Assembly (NCBI GenBank): GCA_965243375.1
Contig: CBDEUT010000008.1
Location: 787,111-851,110, forward strand
Length of the DNA: 64,000 nucleotides
From: Alphaproteobacteria bacterium
Lineage (GTDB): Bacteria; Pseudomonadota; Alphaproteobacteria; UBA828
Direction: 5' to 3'
The position numbers were made by a program, and so were the translations under genes. Of this stretch, positions 9,178 through 19,167 are shown piece after piece. How positions within the stretch are numbered: position 1 is the stretch's first letter; every line of letters begins with the position of its first letter. The notes beneath the pieces were generated by a model that saw nothing but the letters and a program-made list of their open reading frames with translations, searched no databases and had not been told where the DNA came from.

Positions 9178-10572
9178 ATGTCGAAAACCAACAAGTTTGC
9201 GCTAGGGATCGGCGCCGCTGCGCTGGCCGGCGTCCTGGCCGGGGCACCCCTGGATGCCAACGAGGCGTACGCCTGGTCGTTGGAGGAGGCGGCCAAGCCC
9301 TATGCCGGATCGGAAGTGCGCGGCATTTGCGACGGTTATGCGCCGTGCATGTCCTACGTCGCCCTGACCGACGAGTTCGAGCAGCTCACTGGCATCAAGG
9401 TGAACTTCGAGATCGCCGACCTGGGAGCGATCCAGACCCAGTTTCTGACCGATCAGATAACGGAATCGCAGTACTACGACCTGGTCGAGGTGATTTCGTT
9501 CTCGACCGGCGTGTTTCCCGCCCACGGTTTCGTCTACGACTGGTCGACGTTCACCGACAATGCCGCACTGAAGGACCCGGACGTCAACTTCGCGTCCGAT
9601 CTCGTCCCTGCGCTGTACGAAGTCTCGACTCTTTTCGACGGCAATCTCTATAGCGTGCCGACGAAGTTCGTGCTGGCCTTCATGGTTTATCGGCACGACC
9701 TGGCGACCGACGAGGAAATGGCCAACTTCGAAGCCGCATACGGATACGCCATGCCGCTGCCGCCGACCACCTGGCAGCACTACCACGACCTCGCGGCTTT
9801 CTACACACGTTCGAAGGGCGAGATGCTGGCGGGTGAAGTGCTGGAGAACGACTTCTACGGCACCATCGTGCCGTTCAAGCGCCACATCGCCGTGCTCTAT
9901 GACTACGAGCGCATCCTGATCAACATGGGTGGCCGCTTCACCGACGAGAACGGCAACGTCGCGATCGACGAAGGCGACGCCGCGGTCAAGGCGCTCGAGT
10001 TCATGCTATCGCTCCGGCCTTATTCCGATCCCGGCTACATGGAGGCGACCTGGGATGAAGAATACGCGGGGATGTGCGCCGGTAACTTGTTCCTGATATT
10101 CACCTGGGGCGATACCACGCCCTACCTTGAGATCCCGGCGGACTGCCCCGGTTCGGTCGGAAAGATGACCTACTTCGCGCATCCCGGCATGGGTCTCTCG
10201 ATCGCCGAGGCCAACAACTGGATGATTCCGAAGAGCGCCAAGAATCCCGAGGCCGCGTTCCTCTTCGCCCAGTGGATCAACCGCAAGGACATCCAGGCGC
10301 GGACCATGCCCGCGGGCGGCAACCCGACCCGGAGCGACGTCTACGAGATGCCCGAGTGGAGCGCCCCGGATTGGGTCAACATCCAGCGCGACCAGCTCTA
10401 TCACTCACTCGTGGAGAACGACAAGCTGCTGGCACGGCCGAATCCGCCGACTTGGCTCGCATGGACGGAGATCTTGACGGAAGAGCTCTCCAACGCCGGG
10501 GCCGGAAACCAGGATGCGGCGACCACCGTCGCCAATATCGCGGAGCGGATGCGCGACGTGGCCGAGCAGTAA
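9178..10572 (+). CDS. ABC transporter periplasmic substrate-binding protein (extracellular solute-binding family 1)
   Basis: Starts MSKTNKFALGIGAAALAGVLAGAPLDA (signal peptide). Strong AAGGGGAGG RBS before the ATG at 9178. Size and composition fit the SBP_bac_1 family. Confidence 0.85.
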   Translation: MSKTNKFALGIGAAALAGVLAGAPLDANEAYAWSLEEAAKPYAGSEVRGICDGYAPCMSYVALTDEFEQLTGIKVNFEIADLGAIQTQFLTDQITESQYYDLVEVISFSTGVFPAHGFVYDWSTFTDNAALKDPDVNFASDLVPALYEVSTLFDGNLYSVPTKFVLAFMVYRHDLATDEEMANFEAAYGYAMPLPPTTWQHYHDLAAFYTRSKGEMLAGEVLENDFYGTIVPFKRHIAVLYDYERILINMGGRFTDENGNVAIDEGDAAVKALEFMLSLRPYSDPGYMEATWDEEYAGMCAGNLFLIFTWGDTTPYLEIPADCPGSVGKMTYFAHPGMGLSIAEANNWMIPKSAKNPEAAFLFAQWINRKDIQARTMPAGGNPTRSDVYEMPEWSAPDWVNIQRDQLYHSLVENDKLLARPNPPTWLAWTEILTEELSNAGAGNQDAATTVANIAERMRDVAEQ

Positions 10573-10793
10573 CAGCGCAGGTGTCGCAGCCTGGGGCAGC
10601 CTGCTTCCGGGGCTCCGATCGGGACTTCGGGACCCGAGCCTAGGCTTGCAATGTGGGCGACGTGCCGTCCCCGGTGTTGCGTTCGGCAACGCCGGGGGCG
10701 GCCACGAGATTGCCGCGGCACGGCACAGCGTGACCGTGACCGCGACCGTCACTCTGGGCCTCGTTACTCCCCAATTCCGAGAAGGGCCTTGTC

Positions 10794-12314
10794 ATGGCAG
10801 ACGTTCATTACGATGCGATCATCGTCGGCGCAGGACATAACGGGCTGGTCGCCGCCTTCTACCTCGCGCGCGCCGGGCGGAAGGTGCTGCTCTGCGAGCG
10901 CCGGTCCTTCGTCGGCGGTGCCTGCGCCACCGAAGAGCTGTTCGACGGCTATCGCGTGTCCTCCTGCGCCTACGTGATGTGGAAGCTGGAGCAGAAGGTG
11001 CGCGACGACATGGGGTTGGACAGGCGCGGCCTGACGATGCACCTGATCGACCCGCCGGTGTTCTTCCCCTACGAAGACGGCTCGCACGCGTTCCTGCACT
11101 ACGACCTGGAGCGCACGGTCGCATCGATCGCGCGGCTGAACGGCCGCGATGCCGAGCGCTTCCCGGATTGGGTGGAGCTTTGGACCCGGGCGACGGGGCT
11201 GGTGCAGCCCCACATGCTGACCGATCCGCCGACGCTCTCCGACGTTTGGGAACGCGCCAAGGCCAGCGGCGATGAGGCCGTGCTTGAGCGCTTCCTCACC
11301 AGCTCGCTCGTCGATCTCGCGGCCGACTATTTCGAGGACGAGCGCGTGCGCGCCATGATGCTCTACGTCCAGGATATCGCCGATCCTTACGCGCCGGGCA
11401 GCGCCTGGGCCGAAGTCTTTTTCCAGTTCGGCGCTGCGGGCGGGCACGGCTACTACGTCGTCGAGGGCGGGATGGGCTCGATCACCCGCTACATGGCCGA
11501 GGCGGTGACGGAGCAGGGCGGCGAGATCCGTTGCGACGCCCCGGTCGCGCAGGTGCTGGTGGAGGGCGGCAAGGCCACCGGCGTCCGCCTCGAATCGGGC
11601 GAGGAGATCCGCGCGAACATCGTCGTGTCCAACGCCGATCCCAAGCGCACCTACCGCACGCTCTTCGCGCCCGACGACCTGCCGGGCGATCTCGCCAGGC
11701 GCGTCGAGCGGCTCAAGACCGGGACCGGCTACTTCAAGTTTCACTGCGTGATGGACGACGTGCCGGATGTCTCGGGCTATGTGCCCGGCTATGACGGCCC
11801 GCCGGTCTCCTACATCATGATTGCGCCCAGCCTCGACCACTACGCGCGGGCGGGGGCCGAGATGCGCGCGGGCGAGCCGTGCAGCGAGCCGATCTGCCAC
11901 CTTCAGGTGCCGACGCTCTACGACAACACTCTGACCGACAGGGACGGCCACATCTGCTCGATCTGGGGGCTCTATGCGCCGGCGCACCTGGCGAAAGGAA
12001 CCTGGGAAGAGCGGCGCGAGGAGGTGGGCGAACGCCTGATCGATTACGTGACCCGCTTCGTTCCCAACTTCCGCTCCGCAATCCGCGAATGGATGTTCAT
12101 GAGCCCGTGGGACATCGAGCAGCGCGCCGGTATCACCGACGGTGCGATCCGCCATCTCGACGTGGTGCCGAGCCAGTTCCTGAACGGCCGGCCCAGCTAC
12201 GACACGCCGATCGGAAGCTTCTATCTCTGCGGCGGCGGCACCCACCCGGCCGGCGAGGTCACCGGCGCACCCGGCCACAACGCCGCGCATCACATCTTGC
12301 GGACCAACGCCTGA
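10794..12314 (+). CDS. NAD(P)/FAD-dependent oxidoreductase, phytoene-desaturase (CrtI)-like family
   Basis: MADVHYDAIIVGAGHNGLVAAFYLARAGRKVLLCERRSFVGGACAT... is a dinucleotide-binding GxGxxG fold. 506 aa with the amine-oxidase/CrtI architecture. Confidence 0.8.
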   Translation: MADVHYDAIIVGAGHNGLVAAFYLARAGRKVLLCERRSFVGGACATEELFDGYRVSSCAYVMWKLEQKVRDDMGLDRRGLTMHLIDPPVFFPYEDGSHAFLHYDLERTVASIARLNGRDAERFPDWVELWTRATGLVQPHMLTDPPTLSDVWERAKASGDEAVLERFLTSSLVDLAADYFEDERVRAMMLYVQDIADPYAPGSAWAEVFFQFGAAGGHGYYVVEGGMGSITRYMAEAVTEQGGEIRCDAPVAQVLVEGGKATGVRLESGEEIRANIVVSNADPKRTYRTLFAPDDLPGDLARRVERLKTGTGYFKFHCVMDDVPDVSGYVPGYDGPPVSYIMIAPSLDHYARAGAEMRAGEPCSEPICHLQVPTLYDNTLTDRDGHICSIWGLYAPAHLAKGTWEERREEVGERLIDYVTRFVPNFRSAIREWMFMSPWDIEQRAGITDGAIRHLDVVPSQFLNGRPSYDTPIGSFYLCGGGTHPAGEVTGAPGHNAAHHILRTNA

Positions 12315-12344
12315 GGCTCCTGGACCCGCCCCGAGGCGCTTCGC

Positions 12345-14789
12345 ATGAATGCGCCGTTCCCCGATCAGGCGAGGGTGGTGATCGTCGGCGGCGGGATCGT
12401 CGGTTGCTCGACCGCATACAACCTCGCGATCCGCGGCTGCCGCGACGTCGTCCTGCTGGAGAAGCACAAGCTGACCTCCGGCTCGACGTGGCATGCGGCG
12501 GGCGCGGTCGGCCAGCTGCGCACGAGCGCCAATGTCTCGTGGCTGCTCGGCCGCTCGGTCGAAATCTACAGCCGATTGGAGGAAGAGACGGGCCAGGCCA
12601 CCGGCTGGCACCAGAACGGCTCGCTTCGGCTCGCGACCAACGCCGATCGCCGCGCCGAGTACGAGCGCGCGGTAACCACGGCGCGCTCCTACGGCCTGGA
12701 GATGGAGCTCGTCTCGCCCCGCGAAGCGAAGGAGCTGTTTCCGCTGCTCGACGTGGGCGACCTGGTTTGCGCCGCCTACGTCCCGAGCGACGGGATGGCG
12801 AGCCCTTCGGATGCGGCCATGGCATTGGCGGCGGGCGCAAGGATGAACGGCGTCCGGCTGATCGAGGATACCAGGGTCACCGGATTCGAGACGAACGGGG
12901 GTGCCGCCTGCGGCGTGGTCACCGACAGGGGAACGATCCGCTGCGAGTTCGTGGTCAACTGTGCCGGCATCTGGTCGCGCGAGATCGGGCGGCTCGCCGG
13001 CGTCAACGTGCCCATACAGCCCGCCCACCACCAATACATGGTGACGGAGCGGATCGAGGGCCTGACCCGCGACCACCCGACCGTTCGCGACCCGGACAAG
13101 CTGACCTACTTCCTCGAGATCGGCGGCCTCGCCGTCGGCGGCTACGAGCGCAACCCCAAGCCCTATCGCACGCGGCCGATCCCGGAAGGTCACGAGTTCA
13201 AGCTGATGCCGGAGGACGTGGACCACTTCGAGCAGCTGATGATCCCGGCGATGGAGCGCATCCCGGCGCTGGAGACCGTAGGTGTCAGGCAATGGTTCAA
13301 CGGCATCGAATCATTCACCGAGGATGGCATGTTCATCCTCGGCGAGGCGCCGGAGCTCCGCCGTTTCTTCATCGGCACCGGCTTCAACGCGTTCGGCATC
13401 GCCTCTGCCGGCGGCGCCGGCTACGCGCTGGCGGAGTGGATCCTCGAAGGCCAGCCGCCGGTCGATCTGTGGGCCGCCGACATCAGGCGCTTCGGCGCCT
13501 ACCACGGCTCGGACGATCAGGTGTGCGCGCGCTCGCTGGAGGGTCAGTCTCACCACTTTACGATTCGCTGGCCGCACGAGGAGATGGAGGCGGGCCGCCC
13601 GCTCCGGCTAAGCCCGATCCATCACAAGCTCGCGGCCCGGGGCGCCTGCTTCGGAACCAAGTTCGGCTGGGAGCGCCCCAATTGGTTCGCGCCGCCCGGC
13701 GTCGAGGCGAGGGATCGCGCCTCTTTCGAGCGGGCCAACTGGTTCACGCATGTCGGTGAGGAGCATGCGGCCTGCCGGGAAGCAGCAGCGCTCTTCGACC
13801 AATCCTTCTTCGCGAAGTTCCTCATGGTGGGCCCCGATGCCGAGGCCGTGCTCCAGACCATCTGCGCGGGCGATGTCGGCAAGCCCGTGGGGCGGCTCAC
13901 CTATACGCAGATGCTCAACCCGCGCGGCGGGATCGAGTGCGATCTGACCGTGTCGCGGTTCGGCGACGAGGAGTTCTACATCGTCACCGGCACGGGCTAC
14001 GCGACCCACGACTTCGCCCACATCAGGCGCCACGTCCCGGCGGATGCGCGGGCACAGCTGATCGACGTCACCTCGGCCTACGGCACGCTCAGTCTCATGG
14101 GGCCGGAGGCCCGCACCGTCCTCGCCGCCATCGCCGAGGGCGCGATCGACAACGAGAGCTTCCCCTTCGGCCATTGCCGCGAGATTTTCGTGGCCGGAGC
14201 GCCGGTTCGTGCGCTGCGCGTGACCTTCGTCGGCGAGCTCGGCTGGGAGCTCCACATCCCCTCCGAATACATGTGCACGGTCTACGACGCGCTGTGCGAA
14301 AGCGGCAGCGCGGTGGCTCTCAGGGATGCGGGCTACCGCGCCATCGAATCCCTCCGCCTGGAGAAGGGCTATCGCGTCTGGGCCGCCGACATAGGGTCCG
14401 ACTACACGCCCGACGAGGCCGGGCTGGGCTTCGCCGTATCGCTCGGGAAGGCATCGGATTTCGTGGGGCGGGCGGCGGTCGAGCGGCAGCGCGGGTCACC
14501 GCTCGCCAAGCGGCTGGCGACATTCACTGTCGACGATCCGGACGCAATCCTGCTGGGGCGCGAGACGATCTACCGGAACGGCGAACGTGTCGGGTACCTG
14601 AGCTCGGGCGGCTACGGCTACACGGTGGGAAAGGGCATCGGCCTCGGCTATGTGCGTAACGCGGCGGGCGTCGATGACGACTATCTGCGCTCCGGCCGCT
14701 ACGAGATCGAGGCCCGGATGCGCAGGTTCCCCGCCACCCTTCACATGAGGGCGCTCTACGACCCTGAGAATGCCCGCATCAAGGTCTGA
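12345..14789 (+). CDS. Dimethylglycine/sarcosine dehydrogenase family protein (FAD oxidase domain plus C-terminal GcvT-like folate-binding aminomethyltransferase domain)
   Basis: 814 aa. N-terminus VVIVGGGIVGCSTAYNL...HAAGAVGQLRTS matches the DAO family. The C-terminal half shows GcvT-like motifs. Confidence 0.85.
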   Translation: MNAPFPDQARVVIVGGGIVGCSTAYNLAIRGCRDVVLLEKHKLTSGSTWHAAGAVGQLRTSANVSWLLGRSVEIYSRLEEETGQATGWHQNGSLRLATNADRRAEYERAVTTARSYGLEMELVSPREAKELFPLLDVGDLVCAAYVPSDGMASPSDAAMALAAGARMNGVRLIEDTRVTGFETNGGAACGVVTDRGTIRCEFVVNCAGIWSREIGRLAGVNVPIQPAHHQYMVTERIEGLTRDHPTVRDPDKLTYFLEIGGLAVGGYERNPKPYRTRPIPEGHEFKLMPEDVDHFEQLMIPAMERIPALETVGVRQWFNGIESFTEDGMFILGEAPELRRFFIGTGFNAFGIASAGGAGYALAEWILEGQPPVDLWAADIRRFGAYHGSDDQVCARSLEGQSHHFTIRWPHEEMEAGRPLRLSPIHHKLAARGACFGTKFGWERPNWFAPPGVEARDRASFERANWFTHVGEEHAACREAAALFDQSFFAKFLMVGPDAEAVLQTICAGDVGKPVGRLTYTQMLNPRGGIECDLTVSRFGDEEFYIVTGTGYATHDFAHIRRHVPADARAQLIDVTSAYGTLSLMGPEARTVLAAIAEGAIDNESFPFGHCREIFVAGAPVRALRVTFVGELGWELHIPSEYMCTVYDALCESGSAVALRDAGYRAIESLRLEKGYRVWAADIGSDYTPDEAGLGFAVSLGKASDFVGRAAVERQRGSPLAKRLATFTVDDPDAILLGRETIYRNGERVGYLSSGGYGYTVGKGIGLGYVRNAAGVDDDYLRSGRYEIEARMRRFPATLHMRALYDPENARIKV

Positions 14790-14807
14790 GCCGGCAAGGA
14801 CAGGCGC

Positions 14808-15593
14808 TCAGAAATAGCAAAGCCCGCCGCAGACGTTGATCGACTGGCCTGTCACGTACTTGCCGCGCTCGCTCGCGAGGTAAACCGCCATATCGGCGAT
14901 GGTCTCGGGCGGCAGGATCTCCTTCAGCATGTTGAAGCGCATGCTCTCGTCATAGAACTTGTCGTAGGACTCGCCGGCATCCGCTGCCATGGATTTGTGC
15001 AGGCTCACGGCCATCGGCGTCTCGACCCAGCCGGGACAGATCGCGTTCGACGTAATGCCGTGCTCTCCCAGCTCGGCCGCGATGCAGCGGATGAAACCGA
15101 TCAGCCCGTGCTTCGAGGTGTTGTAGGCGCTCCACTCCGCATCCGCAGTTTTGGCGTTGGTCGAGGCGTTGTAGATGAGCGCGCCGCCGGTGCCCTGCTG
15201 CTTGAGCGTCGGCACCGTGTGCTTGGTGACGAGAAACGGCGCCTTGAGGTTGGTATCGATCACCCAATCCCAGAAGGACTCCTCCATGTCCTCGACCTTG
15301 CCCAGGTCGCAGACGCCGGCGTTGTTGACGACGATGTCGATCCCGCCGAGCCGCTCGATCGCCGCAGCGCACATGGCGGCAATGGCGCCGCTATCGGTCA
15401 GGTCCGCGGCAACGGGGAAGGCCTTGCCCCCTGCCGCCACAATCTCGTCGACGGTGCCGGCGCTCTTCTCAGCCGTTCGTGCGTGGGTTGCGACCGTCGC
15501 ACCTTCTCGCGCCAGGGCGAGGGCGATCGCCTTGCCGATACCGCTCGCTGCGCCGGTGACCAGAGCCCGCTTCCCCGCGAGTTGCCAGTCCAT
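14808..15593 (-). CDS. Short-chain dehydrogenase/reductase (SDR) family oxidoreductase
   Basis: MDWQLAGKRALVTGAASGIGKAIA...NNAG...YNTSKHG motifs. GGAGGA RBS upstream of the ATG at 15593. Confidence 0.85.
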   Translation of the reverse strand: MDWQLAGKRALVTGAASGIGKAIALALAREGATVATHARTAEKSAGTVDEIVAAGGKAFPVAADLTDSGAIAAMCAAAIERLGGIDIVVNNAGVCDLGKVEDMEESFWDWVIDTNLKAPFLVTKHTVPTLKQQGTGGALIYNASTNAKTADAEWSAYNTSKHGLIGFIRCIAAELGEHGITSNAICPGWVETPMAVSLHKSMAADAGESYDKFYDESMRFNMLKEILPPETIADMAVYLASERGKYVTGQSINVCGGLCYF

Positions 15594-15774
15594 GACATCC
15601 TCCGCGTTCGTTGGTCGGTTCCGAAGCCGCACGCCACGGGACCGCGATCCTTGCCGTCGCCGACGATCACTCGACCCATCCTAGCTTCCACGCCGTGGGC
15701 GGACCACGGCGCGGGAGGGTTTGTCGGTACTATGGCGGGATCGCGGCCGTGCCGCGCGAGAAAGGGCCGAGGCT

Positions 15775-18195
15775 ATGCCACAAACTCTCCCGACCCAGGC
15801 GGAGATCGTGATCGTCGGCGGCGGCATCGTCGGGTGCAGCATCGCCTACCACCTGGCCCATATGGGCAAGACCGACGTTCTGGTGCTCGAGAAGTCCGGC
15901 CTCACCCATGGCGCGACCTGGCATGCAGCCGGCGTAATCGGGCAGCTGCGTCCGTCGCGCAACGTGACGCGCATGCTCGGGCACACGGTGGCCCTCTACG
16001 ACAGCCTGGAGGAAGAGACCGGGCAAGCGATCGACTGGAAGCGCGTCGGCAGCCTGCGCATCGCGTCCTCCAGGGACCGGATGCTCGAGTACAAGCGGGC
16101 TGCCACCACGGCCAAGAGCTTTGGGCTCGACATGCATCTTTTGGGGCCGAGCGAGACACAGGAACTCTTCCCCATCATGAGCCTCGATGGCGTCGAGGGG
16201 TCGGCCTACATCCCGTCGGACGGCTACGTCGACCCGGCGAGCGCCACGCAGGCGCTGGCCATCGGCGCGCGCCGACGCGGGGTCAGGATCGTCGAAGGCG
16301 TGAAGGTAACGGGGTTCGGCGTGACCGGCCAGCGGGTGCACGATGTTCGCACCGCCGCGGGTTCCGTGCACGCCGACACCGTGGTCAACGCGGCCGGCAT
16401 GTGGAGCCGCGAACTCGGTCGCATGGTGGGGGTCCGCGTGCCGACGGTCGCGCTGGAGCACCAGTACATCGTCACGGAACCGATCCCCGACTTGCCCCCC
16501 GGCATGCCGACGGTGCGCGACCCCGATCTGCTCAGCTACTGGAAGCCCGACGTGGGCGGCATGGTGGTGGGCGGCTACGAGCCCGATACCGTGCCCTTCG
16601 GCTCAAGCGGTATACCGCCGGGCTTCGCCCAACAGCTACTGCCCGAGAACTTCGACCGCTTCGCGCAGATCGCCGAGCGTGCCGGCAGGCGCACGCCGAT
16701 CATCAACGAAGTCGGCGTGCGTCAGTTGATCAACGGCGCCATCCCTTACTCCGCCGATGGCGAGTTCGTCATGGGCAGGGCGCCGGAGCTCGACAACTAT
16801 TTCGTGGCGAGCGGCTTCCTCTACGGAATCGCGGGCGGGCCCGGCGCGGGCCGCATGATGGCCGAGTGGATCGTCGAGGGCCGGCCGAGCCTCGATCTCT
16901 GGTCGCTCGACATCCGGCGCTTCTCGGCCCACCACCACGCGCGCCACTTCCTGGAGAGCCGCGCGGTCGAGCTCTACGGCAAGCACTACACGATGAAGTG
17001 GCCGATCGAAGAGCCGGAGAGCGCTCGGGGCATCCGCCGCAGCCCGCTCTACTGGATGCTGAAGGAGCGGGGAGCGGTATTCGGCAGCAAGGCCGGCTGG
17101 GAGCGCGCCAATTGGTTCGCGCCAGAGGGAACCACACCACGCGACGAGCCCTCGTTCGGACGCGCGAACTGGTTCGACATTGTCGGCGAGGAGCATCGAG
17201 CGGCACGCGAACGCGTCGCCGTGATCGACCAATCGTCGTTCGCCAAGATGGAAGTCTGGGGCCCGGGTGCGCTGCTTGGCCTGCAGCGGTTGGCGGTCGC
17301 GGACCTGGACCGGCCGGTCGGCCACGCGGTCTACACCCAGCTCTGCAACGAACGCGGCGGGATCGAGGCCGATCTTACGATCAGCCGGATCGCGGAGGAT
17401 TGCTTTTACGTGGTCACCGGCACCGCCTTCGGGCAGCACGATTTCGGCTGGGTCAAGAGCCATCTTCCGGATGACGGCACGGTTGCGTCCATGGATGTGA
17501 CCTCGGCCTACGCGGTGTTGCACGTCTGCGGCCCGCGCTCCCGCGCCCTGCTGCAGCAGATTGCCGACAGCGATCTTTCGCCGGAGGTCTTTCCCTTCTC
17601 GAGGTGCCAGGACATTGTGATCGGGGCGGCGCATGTTCGCGCGATCCGGTTGTCATACTCGGGTGAGCTCGGCTGGGAGCTGCACGTGCCGACGGAATAT
17701 GCGGCCCACGTCTACGAACTGCTACGCGACGCCGGGCGCGAGCACGGGCTTGCCGACATCGGCTACCGCGCGCTCGACACGCTCAGGATGGAGAAGGGCT
17801 ACGTGGCCTGGGCCGCCGATATCTCACCGGACTACTCGCCCCTTCACGCGGGCCTCGGGCGTTTCGTCTCCCGTAGCAAGGGCGATTTCATCGGGCGGGA
17901 GGCGCTGGAGCGCATCGAGGCGGAAGGGCCGGAGGAGACACTCTGCCTCTTCACCCTGGAGCAGCCGGCTGATGTCTTCGGGGGCGAGGCGATCCTGCGC
18001 GACGGCGCTGTCCTCGGCGTGACGTCGAGCGCCAACTTCGGCCACACCGTTGGAAAGCCCATAGCCATGGGCTACGTTCCGAGCGCGGAGGCGCGGCACC
18101 GCGAATACGAGATCGAGGCGTTCTCGCGGCTGGTTCCCGCCGTGCGCCACGATGAGCCGCTCTACGATCCGAAGGGAACGCGTCAGCAGGCCTGA
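15775..18195 (+). CDS. Second dimethylglycine/sarcosine dehydrogenase-family paralog (FAD plus GcvT domains)
   Basis: MPQTLPTQAEIVIVGGGIVGCSIAYHLAHMGKTDVLVLEKSGLTHGATWHAAGV... 806 aa with the same two-domain architecture as 12345-14789. Start chosen at the internal ATG (15775) after an AGGG RBS. Confidence 0.85.
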   Translation: MPQTLPTQAEIVIVGGGIVGCSIAYHLAHMGKTDVLVLEKSGLTHGATWHAAGVIGQLRPSRNVTRMLGHTVALYDSLEEETGQAIDWKRVGSLRIASSRDRMLEYKRAATTAKSFGLDMHLLGPSETQELFPIMSLDGVEGSAYIPSDGYVDPASATQALAIGARRRGVRIVEGVKVTGFGVTGQRVHDVRTAAGSVHADTVVNAAGMWSRELGRMVGVRVPTVALEHQYIVTEPIPDLPPGMPTVRDPDLLSYWKPDVGGMVVGGYEPDTVPFGSSGIPPGFAQQLLPENFDRFAQIAERAGRRTPIINEVGVRQLINGAIPYSADGEFVMGRAPELDNYFVASGFLYGIAGGPGAGRMMAEWIVEGRPSLDLWSLDIRRFSAHHHARHFLESRAVELYGKHYTMKWPIEEPESARGIRRSPLYWMLKERGAVFGSKAGWERANWFAPEGTTPRDEPSFGRANWFDIVGEEHRAARERVAVIDQSSFAKMEVWGPGALLGLQRLAVADLDRPVGHAVYTQLCNERGGIEADLTISRIAEDCFYVVTGTAFGQHDFGWVKSHLPDDGTVASMDVTSAYAVLHVCGPRSRALLQQIADSDLSPEVFPFSRCQDIVIGAAHVRAIRLSYSGELGWELHVPTEYAAHVYELLRDAGREHGLADIGYRALDTLRMEKGYVAWAADISPDYSPLHAGLGRFVSRSKGDFIGREALERIEAEGPEETLCLFTLEQPADVFGGEAILRDGAVLGVTSSANFGHTVGKPIAMGYVPSAEARHREYEIEAFSRLVPAVRHDEPLYDPKGTRQQA

Positions 18196-18216
18196 ACTCT
18201 CTGCAAGAGCAAGAAG

Positions 18217-19167
18217 GTGACCGTGGAAGACCTCGTTCGTGCCAAGGTGGCCGAGGTGCCGGTGTTCGGACCTGAGGCCGAGGTCGGCCAGATCCTCCGA
18301 TTGGCCAGCATGACCAACCAGAGCTTCAAGGTCGCCATCGACGGGCGCGACTATGTGCTGCGGATCGCGGGCCAGGGCACAGAGGAATACATCGATCGCG
18401 AAGCGGACGAGCACGCCGCGCGGGTGACGGCGCAAATCGGCGTCAGCGCGCCGCTCGTCTACTACAGCCGGGAACACGGAATTCAGGTGACGGCGTTCAT
18501 CGAGAACAGCGCGCCGATGAACCCGGAGGTCTTGAGCGATCCGCACGCGCTGAGGCTTGCCGCCGGTGCCTTCCGCAAGCTGCATACCTGCGGGACGCCC
18601 TTTCTCGGACGCTTCAGCAACTTCGAGAAGATGGACGAGTATTTGGACGTCCTGCGCCGACACGACGCCCGCCTGCCGGACGGATACGTCGAAGCCAAGC
18701 GGGACGCCGAGACGGTGCGGCAGGCGCTCGTCGAGGCAAACATCGCGCTCGCGCCCTGTCACAACGACCCCGCGCCGGAGAACCTCGTCTTTACCGGCGA
18801 ACGTGTTTACATCCTCGATTGGGAGTTCTGCGGCAACAACGACCCGATGTGGGATCTCTCGGACCTCTCGGTCGAGGCCGACTTCGACGACCGACAGGAT
18901 GCGATCCTGCTGGAAGCCTATTGCGACGGCCCGCCCTCCAAGGCGATGGAGGCGCGGCTGGTGATCTACAAGGCAATGGCCTTCCTGCTCTGGACGCTGT
19001 GGGGCGTGCTGCAGGAGGTCAACGAGAACCAGGCGCCCGCGTATCATTTCGCGAGCTATTGGGACTACGCGATGGATCGCTTTACGCGCTCCAAAGCGAT
19101 CATGGGCCGGGAAGATTTCGGGGCGCTGCTCGACGCCGTGCGCAGCGGCGACGCGGGTTCCGCATGA
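18217..19167 (+). CDS. Choline/ethanolamine-kinase-like phosphotransferase (APH/ChoK superfamily)
   Basis: Brenner motif HNDPAPENLVF and ChoK-type motif ILDWEFCGNNDPMWDLSDL. GTG start at 18217 after AAGAAGG. The stop overlaps the ATG of the downstream permease (ATGA). Confidence 0.8.
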   Translation: MTVEDLVRAKVAEVPVFGPEAEVGQILRLASMTNQSFKVAIDGRDYVLRIAGQGTEEYIDREADEHAARVTAQIGVSAPLVYYSREHGIQVTAFIENSAPMNPEVLSDPHALRLAAGAFRKLHTCGTPFLGRFSNFEKMDEYLDVLRRHDARLPDGYVEAKRDAETVRQALVEANIALAPCHNDPAPENLVFTGERVYILDWEFCGNNDPMWDLSDLSVEADFDDRQDAILLEAYCDGPPSKAMEARLVIYKAMAFLLWTLWGVLQEVNENQAPAYHFASYWDYAMDRFTRSKAIMGREDFGALLDAVRSGDAGSA

